30,356 nucleotides of DNA from Deltaproteobacteria bacterium TL4 (GCA_051382335.1 JBBCAX010000240.1:1-30356); one strand, 5' to 3'; shown: positions 1-8,981, counted from the stretch's first letter. Program-made: numbers and translations. The notes: generated by a model not told the origin, from the letters alone.

Positions 1-282
1 TTAAAAATTGACCCTGAAATTCAGAAGGTCATTTCTTTTGAAAAACTACAAAAAACGATGGCAAACATTGGACGCGTTCATAACGCTCAAAATCAGCCGG
101 TTATCAAAGACAAAACACCACTAAAGCATCCCACTCAAAACAAAGAAAACGTAGGAACAGACACAAAAATTATTGAAATTGAAGAAAAGGGCACAGTGGT
201 TATCGAGTTTGCTAAGATTACAAAAAAATCTTTGAGTTTAGCAGCAAATTGTCTAAAATTTGTAACTCGAAAAGCGTCATAA
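1..282 (+). CDS. 3' end of a hypothetical protein running in from the left edge
   Basis: Frame +1 is open from base 1 (LKIDPEIQKVISFEKLQKTMANIG...) to TAA at 280-282; no recognisable motif. Confidence 0.55.
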   Translation, partial: LKIDPEIQKVISFEKLQKTMANIGRVHNAQNQPVIKDKTPLKHPTQNKENVGTDTKIIEIEEKGTVVIEFAKITKKSLSLAANCLKFVTRKAS

Positions 283-351
283 TTGGCGAAGGTATTGTAT
301 ATAGTATGAGAACATCGGATAAGATGTCAAGGTGCATTTCTTTATAAAATG

Positions 352-417
352 AAATAAGTAACTTCCACTTTTAACGCAGAGACGCACTTTACTTTCTTTC
401 CAAAGGGGTAAGTTATC
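352..417. repeat. Partial copy of an AACGCAGAGACGCA-type palindromic intergenic repeat
   Basis: CTTTTAACGCAGAGACGCA at 368-386 is the exact reverse complement of 2419-2437. Confidence 0.65.
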
Positions 418-430
418 GTAACATGAGTTG

Positions 431-1417
431 CTAAAATACAAAGTCAAGATCAATGCTTCCCCAGACTTCTTTACTTTTGTGTTTGGCAAAGATAGTGCCC
501 TGAAAAGGGGATTTGATTTTTTCTTTGAAGAAGATTTTATTTTTCGTTTCAATAGTATGATTGACGGTGTGCATCAGACAAGCATGTTTCCAACCTCCAG
601 TAAAAATGACCTGATGAAGTCCTTTCAATTCGATTAAATATTGTCGTAAACGATTGGCCTGACTATCGGGATCATCCTCCTTATGGGTTGGAATGATGAA
701 AAGGCGATTTTTGAATTCCATGAGAAAATTGGGAGGATCTACGATATCACGTTCCAAATTCATCACCACTATGAATATTTTTTGATCAAGGAGGTTGCGA
801 ACTTTAATTTTTAATTGCTCCTTATACTGATCTGGAGTTAACCTTAAAAGATTCCCGACTTGCAGTGCGAAATCGTCAGGATGAACGATGATGTAAGCAG
901 TGGTTTGAGAGGGTGCAATGATTTCAGATTTTCTTTGTTTTGGATATTCGTCTAGTTTGTTTGGAAGGACAGTGCTTTCTTTTGTAGATCGCCCATGACG
1001 GCGTTCATCCACTTTCCAGTCTACAAGAATAACTTTTGTTCCTCTGCCAAGGGTTGAGTAAATCGTAAATTCGTCTACCAGATTTTTGGCTACGGATAAG
1101 CCGACACCATCATTGCCAATCGTACTGAATCCTTTCAAAAGGGCTTGTTCACCATTTTCAATTCCGGGTCCTTGGTCCCGAAAAATAAGTCGCAGGCCCT
1201 CTTTGGTTTCACTTACAATCTGTTCCAGTGTGATTTTGCCACCGCCCGCAAAAAGCAGCATGTTTCTGATAATTTCGCTGGAGGCAGTGATCATCTTTGT
1301 CCTTTTCGTGCGTCGCAACCCAAGCTCATCCGCATGTTTTCGAATGAGTTCCTTGGCTTTGAGGGAGTCGCGACTTTCATTGACATAAATCGACTCTCTA
1401 AAAATCACTTTAAACAT
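431..1417 (-). CDS. RsbT-like anti-sigma factor/Ser-Thr kinase (HATPase_c) fused to a C-terminal isochorismatase-like domain
   Basis: N-terminal half has RsbT motifs (TASSEIIRN, FRDQGPGI, GFST..GVGLSVAKNLVDEFTIYS..GRGT). C-terminal half has TAYIIVHPDDF and LKGLHQVIFTGGWKHACLMHT, matching the isochorismatase pattern. ATG 1417 overlaps the cheR stop; the ORF track starts at 1459. Confidence 0.8.
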   Translation of the reverse strand: MFKVIFRESIYVNESRDSLKAKELIRKHADELGLRRTKRTKMITASSEIIRNMLLFAGGGKITLEQIVSETKEGLRLIFRDQGPGIENGEQALLKGFSTIGNDGVGLSVAKNLVDEFTIYSTLGRGTKVILVDWKVDERRHGRSTKESTVLPNKLDEYPKQRKSEIIAPSQTTAYIIVHPDDFALQVGNLLRLTPDQYKEQLKIKVRNLLDQKIFIVVMNLERDIVDPPNFLMEFKNRLFIIPTHKEDDPDSQANRLRQYLIELKGLHQVIFTGGWKHACLMHTVNHTIETKNKIFFKEKIKSPFQGTIFAKHKSKEVWGSIDLDFVF

Positions 1418-2234
1418 AAAGCTGCTTTCGATAAAAATATTTTTCTTTTTTGAATACACTAATCTTTTTCATGAAATTATCCGTTGTTTGTGCATAATCC
1501 AAAAATAAAAATCCTCCACGATTCAGAGCACGGTTAAAATTTTGAAGTATGATTTCTTGGGTTCTTTCATCAAAGTAGAAGAGTACGTTCTTGCAGAAAA
1601 TGAAATCAAAGTTCGACATTTGTTGCATTTGCTGAGGGTCTATCAGGTTCAGTTTACGGAAAATAATATCTTGTCCCAACACCGGATGTACCTGGAAGCC
1701 GTCACCTTTCCGCTCAAAATAGATTTCCAAATATTCTGGTGGAATGGAAGAATTGGTGTGCAGTTGATACAGACCTTTTCTCGCGAATTTCAAAGCTTCT
1801 TCATCAAGATCTGTCGCATAAATTTTATAGTCCCAGACTTCTTCTTCAAGCAATACATTGAGAATGATCGCCAAGGTATAAGCCTCTTCTCCTGTAGAGC
1901 AACCTGCCGACCAAATTTTGAACACGTTACTACCCGCTTCCTGTTTCCTACTTTTTACTTCAGGAAGACACTCTTCCGCAAAGCAAAGCAATTGTTCAAA
2001 ATCCCGGAAAAATAATGTAGAATGGTTAATCATCAAACTGAGTAAATGACTGAGTTCCTTTTTTGGAAACTGGGTACTTACCAAGTGCAGATAATCGTTG
2101 CTGTTGAGATGAAGTTCACTCATTCTTTTGGAAACGTGTCGTTTGACGGATAGGTAATGATCCTGCTCAAAATGAATTCCCGTTTCTTTTTTGATGAGGT
2201 CGTAGATGGACTGGATCTCTGAATCAGTTAACAT
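1410..2234 (-). CDS. cheR: CheR-type protein-glutamate O-methyltransferase
   Basis: IYDLIKKETGIHF, TLFFRD, KIWSAGCSTGEEAYTLA, ATDLD, FDFIFCKNVLFYFD, GGFLFL motifs. Confidence 0.93.
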   Translation of the reverse strand: MLTDSEIQSIYDLIKKETGIHFEQDHYLSVKRHVSKRMSELHLNSNDYLHLVSTQFPKKELSHLLSLMINHSTLFFRDFEQLLCFAEECLPEVKSRKQEAGSNVFKIWSAGCSTGEEAYTLAIILNVLLEEEVWDYKIYATDLDEEALKFARKGLYQLHTNSSIPPEYLEIYFERKGDGFQVHPVLGQDIIFRKLNLIDPQQMQQMSNFDFIFCKNVLFYFDERTQEIILQNFNRALNRGGFLFLDYAQTTDNFMKKISVFKKEKYFYRKQLYV

Positions 2235-2346
2235 AGTTGTATTTCCGCAAGGTTAGACGCCTTTAAACTCGTTTTTTGACGATTTATAAATGATAGGAAT
2301 GAGAATCAAATAACTTACTCATTTGGTAAAAAGCACGGTGCCTCTA

Positions 2347-2448
2347 TTTTAACGCAGAAATGCACAGAACGCAGAAAAACGCAGAGGGAATTATTTAATT
2401 TTATTTCTCTGCATTCTTTGCGTCTCTGCGTTAAAAGGGGAACTTATT
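2347..2448. repeat. Long imperfect palindrome built from AACGCAGA units
   Basis: Left arm TTTTAACGCAGAAATGCACAGAACGCAGAAAAACGCAGAG pairs with right arm CTCTGCATTCTTTGCGTCTCTGCGTTAAAA. Confidence 0.8.
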
Positions 2449-2468
2449 TAAGTCTTGTTCCTAAACGT

Positions 2469-2650
2469 TTATGAGCCAATGCTACCCGTACTCACCAGGG
2501 ATTGCAGCTCCGCTCGTTCCTCCAGCGATAATCGTACCCTATATTTCTTTGCCATCACAAACCTCGTTTCCATTGGATTTGATAAAAATTCAGAAAATGA
2601 AAACGAAGTTACCTCAATTACCCGAAAATTGAAAGCTGACTATGTACTAG
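2469..2650 (-). mobile_element. IS630-family left end with truncated transposase start
   Basis: Minus strand begins CTAGTACATAGTCAGC (IS630-type TA/CTAG end). GAGGT RBS precedes ATG 2555 encoding MAKKYRVRLSLEERAELQSLVSTGSIGS*, a typical IS630 transposase HTH N-terminus, stopped after 28 aa. Confidence 0.75.
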
Positions 2651-2699
2651 ATAGGTGGGACGTAGCACCAAGCGCTTAAAGGTTAATGGCCATCAAAAA

Positions 2700-2910
2700 C
2701 CATTGACCAAAAAATGATTAATGGTCTTGGCTATTTGGTAAACGATGTCTTTACCTTTTTCTTGGGCGATCCAAATTTGACGTTTTTTTTGCGCCTGTTT
2801 ACTTTATGTCTTTCTATTTTATGTTTCCTGTTGTTTATACTACTTTTAGTCATAGGGTCTCCTGTGGGATAAAGTTAATGGTTGCGTTCTACAATTTTAT
2901 TCCCATAGAA
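2700..2910 (-). pseudogene. Probable frameshifted 5' fragment of a transposase
   Basis: AGGAG RBS and ATG 2853 lie just after an inverted repeat (TGGGAATAAAATT...AACTTTATCCCA). MTKSSINNRKHKIERHKVNRRKK shifts frame at an A-run to KRQIWIAQEKGKDIVYQIAKTINHF, resembling the TIxHFFP N-termini of some DDE transposases. Recognised from memory, not by search. Confidence 0.4.
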
Positions 2911-3005
2911 GTTCAAAAACAACCAGAAAAATATTTTTCGCCTATTCCTCTAACGCATTAAAATCAAAATCTTTTTTAAATTTAAATCTAAACTCTGAAT
3001 TGCTG

Positions 3006-3090
3006 TCAGAAGAGCAGCTCCTGCTGGAGAGAAGAGGTCCAGGGCGGAAGAAACGAAGCGTTTCCGCCCAAAAATCGGCATTCATTTTTG
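3006..3090. repeat. 85-bp dispersed repeat, copy 1 (inverted relative to 20758-20842)
   Basis: Reverse complement matches 20758-20842 with about 4 mismatches; internal stem GGGCGGAA...TTCCGCCC. Confidence 0.92.
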
Positions 3091-3172
3091 TTGGAAACGT
3101 CGCTTCGTTCCTGATTCCAACCGACATTGAGCATTACGCCATTAAATAAAACTGTGAGGTAAAAAATTGACG

Positions 3173-4165
3173 ATGATAGGGTTAGGAATTGATACAACCT
3201 TTGATGACACTTCGGTGGCCCTTCTGAAGGGAAAACGTGAGCTATTAGCAAATTTAACACTGTCACAATACAAAGATCATGAGGAGTTTGGGGGAGTTGT
3301 TCCTGAAAGAGCCTCTCGAAAACATCTTGAATTGATTCACCCGATGATTGCCGAGGCTCTGAAACAAGCAAATCTTGGCTTTGGGGATTTGGATTATATT
3401 GTTGTTTCCAACTATCCCGGCTTACTAGGCTCTCTTTTGGTAGGAGTCACTGTCGCCAAGACGCTTGCCTACGCGCTTAAGATTCCGATCATCGGAGTCA
3501 ATCATGTGGAAGCTCATCCTTATGCCAATTTTTTAGTCTATGAGCAAATCCAATTCCCCTTGATCCATTTGGTGGTTGCGGGAGGTCATACTTTAATCTT
3601 TTACGCGGAATCCCATTTTGTTTATGAAATTATGGGGAGAAGTATCGATGACGCGGCGGGAGAATGTGTTGATAAAGTGGCAAAAATGTTTGGACATCCC
3701 ATGCCAGGCGGCCCTGTGGTGGATCGCTGTGCTCTGAGAGCCCCTTCCAATGTTTATGACTTTCCGCGCCCTGTGATGGACAAGGATGATTATAATTTTT
3801 CCTTCAGTGGTTTGAAAACGGCAATGCTGCGTTTTTTGGAGACTCATCCTGAATCAAAAGCCCAACCAGAGGAAGTCTTATCCTCTTTTTTTCAAAGTAT
3901 TGTCGATGTGCTTTTGCACAAAACCTTTAAAGCTGCTAAAAACAAAAAGGTTTCCCGTATTTCTGTCTCAGGAGGACTGGCGGCCAGTAAGAAATTGCGG
4001 ATGAGTTTTGAAAAAAGAGCGCAAGAGGAGCAGATGACTCTTTACTATCCTCCTCCGCATTTATGCACGGACAACGCGGCAATGGTTGCGTGTCTGGGAG
4101 CCTATAAATACGAAGCAGGGCTCAGAGATGACCTCAACCTGGAAGCTTTTCCAAACATCATTTAA
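3173..4165 (+). CDS. tsaD: tRNA N6-adenosine threonylcarbamoyltransferase TsaD
   Basis: LGIDTT.DDT, FGGVVPERASRKH, PGL.GSL.VG, NHVEAH, GGHT, DDAAGE..DK, FSFSGLKT, CTDNAAM motifs. Start ATG 3173 (or TTG 3167). Confidence 0.97.
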   Translation: MIGLGIDTTFDDTSVALLKGKRELLANLTLSQYKDHEEFGGVVPERASRKHLELIHPMIAEALKQANLGFGDLDYIVVSNYPGLLGSLLVGVTVAKTLAYALKIPIIGVNHVEAHPYANFLVYEQIQFPLIHLVVAGGHTLIFYAESHFVYEIMGRSIDDAAGECVDKVAKMFGHPMPGGPVVDRCALRAPSNVYDFPRPVMDKDDYNFSFSGLKTAMLRFLETHPESKAQPEEVLSSFFQSIVDVLLHKTFKAAKNKKVSRISVSGGLAASKKLRMSFEKRAQEEQMTLYYPPPHLCTDNAAMVACLGAYKYEAGLRDDLNLEAFPNII

Positions 4166-5127
4166 TTCGAGGTTTCAGGTTGTGTTTTAATGATGATCCG
4201 GGCAGTTTTTCTGAGTTGACTCAGATAATCATTCAAAACTTGTGTCCTTTTCTTGGCAAAAAGTTGATTGGTGTATTTATTTTCTGAATCAGGAGGCAGT
4301 GTCTTGCAATCAACATTATTTCCTACTTGGGTGGAGTATATAAACAGCAAGTGATAGCCATACTGAGTCTTCACCAAGTCACTCAAGGCTCCTTGCTGTA
4401 GTTGGAAGGCGACCTCATTGATTTCTTTTAAAAGCTCCCCTTTTTTGAACAGACCGAGCTTTCCACCAGTGCTCATCGCGTTGGGATCTTCCGAATATTG
4501 TTTGGCCAGAGACTCGAAGGATTCACCGGACTCAAAAGCTTTTCGTATTTGGACTTCTTTTGCTTGGATCGCTTCCAGATTTTGTGTTCGGAACAGAATT
4601 TGGGCAATTCCGAGTTTTCTTTCGCTTAACCCTTCCAGTTTGCATTGTTGTTCGATTTCCTTATTATCGACATGGACTTTAGAATCGACCTCCATCGCAA
4701 GGACTCTTTGCCTTTTGATGTCATCAACAATTTGCTCTTTGATGACGACTTCATCATAGAGTTTGAGCAGTTGAGGATTTGATTGTTCTAATTGATCGAT
4801 TCGCTCCTCGATTTCTTTTTCTCCTACTTCAAACTTCAACTCTCTTGCACGATCAATGAGCAGCAGGTTATTCACCAAATTTTCAATAGTCGTGTGTTCC
4901 AGGTCTTTCAACTGTTCCTCTCTCTCGGAACCCTCTGGAAGGGATTTTTCAATTTGCATTCGCATTCTTTGGGTTTCTTCCTGAACTTCAGTATAGGTTA
5001 ATATTTGACGATTCACAATGATCTGAATAAAATCAATAACCTGTGGTTGTGCTTCAGTTGTAATGACAAGGCATAACCAAGACACCCAGACAAAAATCAG
5101 GGATTTATAAATCATAAATTGGCTCAC
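4162..5127 (-). CDS. SurA-like periplasmic chaperone / parvulin-type peptidyl-prolyl isomerase
   Basis: Signal peptide; SurA_N-like IVNRQILTYTEV; rotamase motifs FESLAKQYSED...GGKLG and VKTQYGYHL. Confidence 0.9.
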   Translation of the reverse strand: MSQFMIYKSLIFVWVSWLCLVITTEAQPQVIDFIQIIVNRQILTYTEVQEETQRMRMQIEKSLPEGSEREEQLKDLEHTTIENLVNNLLLIDRARELKFEVGEKEIEERIDQLEQSNPQLLKLYDEVVIKEQIVDDIKRQRVLAMEVDSKVHVDNKEIEQQCKLEGLSERKLGIAQILFRTQNLEAIQAKEVQIRKAFESGESFESLAKQYSEDPNAMSTGGKLGLFKKGELLKEINEVAFQLQQGALSDLVKTQYGYHLLFIYSTQVGNNVDCKTLPPDSENKYTNQLFAKKRTQVLNDYLSQLRKTARIIIKTQPETSN

Positions 5128-5930
5128 TGAATATAGTTGATATTAAGATCTGCGACTTGAGAAGTTTTCCATTTTTCGATGAGTTTATTTAACTCCGCAA
5201 CTGGTAAACGGGAAGCCCGTTTAACAGCGGTAACGTTGACGCGTTTAAAAAGGTGTTCGTCCAAATAATATTCGGTTTGTTGGGGATAAGACTGCCCTCC
5301 GTAGTTTTTGAAATTCTTGAAAAGAATTCGAATCAGGTGTGCCTTTCCATCTTTAGACTGAAACCGTTGATAGAGGGCGTGTAATTGGTAGTTTGGTTTT
5401 TCAATCAGAGCATAGTGGGAACTATCCGGTTGTCCTATACGGTAAAAAATTTCACTTTCTTCAGGGTGTAAGGAAATATGACGACTGTCGATATCCATCT
5501 CTTTCAAAGCATATTCCCAGTTCTTCTCACTTTGAGTCACAAACCTTAAGAAATGAGGCATAATTTCTTTTTGTGTGAAGGTCCGTTCCGTCGAGGTTGA
5601 AGCCTTGATGACATTGCCTTCAGTCTCATAGTAGAAGTGGAGCAGATTGTTCTGCAGATCTAATGTTTCTATAGCAAGGTTGGTATCTCGCTTCCAATAA
5701 ATGACCTGCTTGTAGCCTCTGGATTTAAGCTCCTGGGGGTGCGGTTGGGATGTGTTTTCGGAAAAAGGGTCAAAAACCTGCACGTTGGTTTCAAGAATAA
5801 TACGATACCAAAGGTTTTGCTTTAACAGCGATGACAACAGATCTTGCCACGTGGGTTGATATGCATGGAGAGGAAGCACAAAAAGTAAGACCAACCCCAT
5901 TAACGAAGCAATAAAAACACGGATAATCAC
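5124..5930 (-). CDS. Exported hypothetical protein (possibly LolA-like beta fold)
   Basis: 268-aa ORF with signal peptide (LLFVLPLHA); stop overlaps the next start (ATGA-type coupling); function not recognisable. Confidence 0.75.
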   Translation of the reverse strand: MIIRVFIASLMGLVLLFVLPLHAYQPTWQDLLSSLLKQNLWYRIILETNVQVFDPFSENTSQPHPQELKSRGYKQVIYWKRDTNLAIETLDLQNNLLHFYYETEGNVIKASTSTERTFTQKEIMPHFLRFVTQSEKNWEYALKEMDIDSRHISLHPEESEIFYRIGQPDSSHYALIEKPNYQLHALYQRFQSKDGKAHLIRILFKNFKNYGGQSYPQQTEYYLDEHLFKRVNVTAVKRASRLPVAELNKLIEKWKTSQVADLNINYIQ

Positions 5931-5938
5931 AAAGGCTC

Positions 5939-7090
5939 TTATGGTTGAGTGAGTAGAACAACATCGAACAACTCTCCATTAAGACCATACGCCGACAGAG
6001 TCAAGTTGTTCCCATCAACCAGAACCTGGACAAAGTTATATCGGGAAGCTGCGGCCTCTGAGTTTTTTTGACGTCTCAATGCCCTTAAATCAGCACCTCC
6101 TCCTCCGGTGTTGATGTAGGTGACACCATTTTTGTGGAACCGTTCATAAAGGTGAACATCGCCCGCAAACACAACAGCGACCCCGTATTTTTCAGCAAGA
6201 GGGTTTAAACGTTCCGAAATAAGGGCTTCTCCATTGCGCTCTACAGCATCGGTGAACATCGGTTTGTGCAAGAATACAAACTTCCAGGTTCCTGTAAAAG
6301 CTTGGAGTTTATTTTCAAGGAAAGTCATCTGTTGATTCATTCCACTCGCGTTATACATTTGCGAATAATCCAAACCGACGAATAGAGCGTTTCCATAGGT
6401 AAAGGAAAAAAAATTGGTTGTTGCGGTCACCCCATTTGGGGGAGGCGCAAAAAATTTATAGTATGCGGTGGCGTCTAAGACCAAGTCGTGATCGCCTAAA
6501 ACAGGGTAAAAAGGAATTCGATAGATGATCGAACGGTAGGGATCAAAGAATTTCGCAGGATAATTCCGCTCAAATCCGTCATAAACAATATCCCCCGTAT
6601 GGAGAATGAAAGCGGGAGGAACCTCATTTTGAAGAGTCCGTGTCATCTGATCCGCAATTTGATACTGAGGTTTGGTTCCCAGTCCAGAATCACCAATGGC
6701 CAAGAAAGAAAATGGAGTACCGCTGCCTTCGGGGGGTGCTGTTCTAAACGTTCCCAAAGGTCCGACTTTCGTCTTTCCTTCTTTTGCCAGATATTGATAC
6801 TCTGTATTCGCGTCAAGTCCAGACAGGATGATCTTATGAAAAACTTCTTTGTCTCCTTCAAATATTTGGACTAAGTTTCCTTGGAGGAAGACTTCAACCA
6901 CGCCCGTCACCTTTGCATTGGATTCCCAGAGAATGGTCATACCCTCAGAAGTTACATTTTGAGTATAGGGGAGAATTGGCCAGCCTTTTCGGTGCAAAAG
7001 CTCGGCTTCCTGTTCTTCACAGCCCCAAAGGAAAAGAAGTAAGATCGCTCCGCTCAGAAGACTCTTCATAAATGTTAATTTTGCAGACAT
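5939..7090 (-). CDS. Lipoprotein purple-acid-phosphatase-type metallophosphoesterase with N-terminal FN3-like domain
   Basis: AAGGAGG RBS before ATG 7090; lipobox LWGC; H...LSGLDANTEYQY and TFRTAP; GDSG, HTGDIVY, GDHD, FLHKP, GDVHLYER, YINTGGGG motifs. Confidence 0.9.
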   Translation of the reverse strand: MSAKLTFMKSLLSGAILLLFLWGCEEQEAELLHRKGWPILPYTQNVTSEGMTILWESNAKVTGVVEVFLQGNLVQIFEGDKEVFHKIILSGLDANTEYQYLAKEGKTKVGPLGTFRTAPPEGSGTPFSFLAIGDSGLGTKPQYQIADQMTRTLQNEVPPAFILHTGDIVYDGFERNYPAKFFDPYRSIIYRIPFYPVLGDHDLVLDATAYYKFFAPPPNGVTATTNFFSFTYGNALFVGLDYSQMYNASGMNQQMTFLENKLQAFTGTWKFVFLHKPMFTDAVERNGEALISERLNPLAEKYGVAVVFAGDVHLYERFHKNGVTYINTGGGGADLRALRRQKNSEAAASRYNFVQVLVDGNNLTLSAYGLNGELFDVVLLTQP

Positions 7091-7426
7091 AGGTGTTTTC
7101 CTCCTTAAAGTGAAAAAAGGATACTGTCCCCATAAGTAATGCAAAAATGTTCCCACGCTGGGGTCCGTGTTCAAAATATTCCAGGCAACATCGCGGTTGA
7201 ATGCTCATTCACCCCAATGCGGCAATCCTCTCGTGAACTTCGGATTCGCCGCAGAATCTTAAAATTAAGACGAAATTGAGTTTTGAACCTTGTTTGATTG
7301 CGGTGCTCTAAAATAGAGTAATATTTTAAATGTTTTTACTTGAGTTGCTTCGTACTTGCGGTTAAACAATGGAGTAGAGTACGTTAATTAATAAAGTTGT
7401 CGTTATGAGAAATAGCGGCATTAACT

Positions 7427-7551
7427 AGTCGCTGTCGCAAAATAGGTTTTAGCTGTTACGGTGAGGTATTGCCCCTTTTAAAAATACCTGATATCAGTGT
7501 TGTTCTCAAACTAATATCTAAAGGCTAAAAGCTGCTTAAGCGACAGCAACT
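7427..7551. repeat. MITE-like element with 12-bp terminal inverted repeats and TTAG/CTAA inner arms
   Basis: AGTCGCTGTCGC (7427-7438) vs GCGACAGCAACT (7540-7551), 11/12 inverted match. Inner TTTTAGC, GAGGTATT, AATACCT and GGCTAAAAGCT motifs are shared with the elements at 11356 and 18767. Confidence 0.7.
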
Positions 7552-7582
7552 GACCCATCACCAATCAATTGAGGAAAGAATC

Positions 7583-8947
7583 ATGAAAAAGAATAAGCTT
7601 ACTGTGTTGTTGGTCTTTTTGAGTATGTTTTTACTTCTTGCGTGCAAGCCTGAAGTGAAACCGCCCACTCCAGAAACCTTTCTCACCTTGGCTGATGTCA
7701 CGGGACGTTCGACCTTCAAAGATGATTCTCCAGAATACCGTGTGATTAATGTCAAAGCGAAAGCCTTTATTAAAAATAATGACATCCGTGCCGCAAAGCA
7801 GAAAGCGATGGAAGTCGCGGCCCTTCAAGCCGTGGATTCCATGGTGCAAGAATTATTGATGGCAGATGTTTACAATAAAAACTACGCCATCATTGAAGAG
7901 TATATGAGCAAAAATGTGGATAAGTATCTGGATGCTCAGGAAAACACAGGAGCTCAAAAGATCTACAATGACAAATATTACGGTGTTGCCGCATCCTTCA
8001 AAGTCAATCGACAGAAGGTTTTGGTCGCCCTTCAAAAAGATTTGAAATTGATTAACACCAGTGCCAGTACCTTAATCACCGTAATTACCAGCAAAAAAGG
8101 CATAGACCTTTCCAGCGCGGGATTTTCCTTCAACGATGTAGAAAGCGCCTTGATGAATCAAATCCAGACTGACTTGAATCAACGAGGACTCCGGGCGATG
8201 GATTTTCGAAATGCGATCACTGCCATGCAAACTGATGAAAAGAAAAAAGAAGCTTTCGGCAAAATCACAAAAGATCAATTCATGGCCGTGATTGCGGGAA
8301 GCAAAGCGGAAAATGTGGCTTTAGATGAACAAGTCAGGCAGTCCGAAGACTTCTACAGCACAGGCTTGACCTTGCTGAAACAGTTGGCAAAAGTGGTGGT
8401 TGAAGTGAATATCTTTGCTGTCAATGGAAACGTCAGTGGAGACATTGCCTTATCCCTTAATGTAACCGCAAAAAATATAGCCACAGGAACCGGAGGTGCC
8501 TTTGCCAATACCATCGTTAATGTTGCCCGTCGAGGGGGACCGAATGTCATTGGTTCCGCAATGATCACAGGCTTGGTTAAAGACGCTTATGATGACATGC
8601 AGAAAGAATTCATTCCTCAGGTCATTAATGAAATGTCTACCATCTCTGTGGGAGGCAATAAATTAACGGCTTACGAAATTGTGTTGAAAGGCTTTGACGC
8701 AGCAGACGAACGTTTGATACGTAAACGTGTGGAAAGTCTTGATAGTGAGGATTTCCGCTATATTGATCGCGACAACTCGGTTCCTACCATCTTGACCTTC
8801 AAGGTTCGTTATGCGGGAAAATCTTCCAAATTGAGCGATTTGGTTATGGATGAAATTGTCAGTCTGAACATTCCTTCACTAGAACCTATTGTTGCTCCAG
8901 AGTTAACGGACGTTGTTTTTATCAAGGATTTGAATCCAAAAAAATAA
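7583..8947 (+). CDS. Lipoprotein with FlgT N-terminal-like domain
   Basis: GAGG RBS; lipobox LLAC; KAKAFIKNNDIRAAKQKAMEVAALQAVD resembles the FlgT_N/LPP20-like AR..AL..A...AV helix. Confidence 0.75.
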   Translation: MKKNKLTVLLVFLSMFLLLACKPEVKPPTPETFLTLADVTGRSTFKDDSPEYRVINVKAKAFIKNNDIRAAKQKAMEVAALQAVDSMVQELLMADVYNKNYAIIEEYMSKNVDKYLDAQENTGAQKIYNDKYYGVAASFKVNRQKVLVALQKDLKLINTSASTLITVITSKKGIDLSSAGFSFNDVESALMNQIQTDLNQRGLRAMDFRNAITAMQTDEKKKEAFGKITKDQFMAVIAGSKAENVALDEQVRQSEDFYSTGLTLLKQLAKVVVEVNIFAVNGNVSGDIALSLNVTAKNIATGTGGAFANTIVNVARRGGPNVIGSAMITGLVKDAYDDMQKEFIPQVINEMSTISVGGNKLTAYEIVLKGFDAADERLIRKRVESLDSEDFRYIDRDNSVPTILTFKVRYAGKSSKLSDLVMDEIVSLNIPSLEPIVAPELTDVVFIKDLNPKK

Positions 8948-8960
8948 GCAATTCACTTTT

Positions 8961-8981
8961 GTCCCATTGCGGTGATGGGAC
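8961..8981 (+). other. Short intergenic stem-loop
   Basis: GTCCCAT-tgcggtg-ATGGGAC; no U-tract, so not a clear terminator. Confidence 0.45.

Noticed and set aside
2455..2679. 74-aa plus-strand ORF
   Set aside because: Antisense to the IS630 fragment.
2942..3127. 61-aa minus-strand ORF
   Set aside because: Mostly the 85-bp dispersed repeat; no coding evidence.
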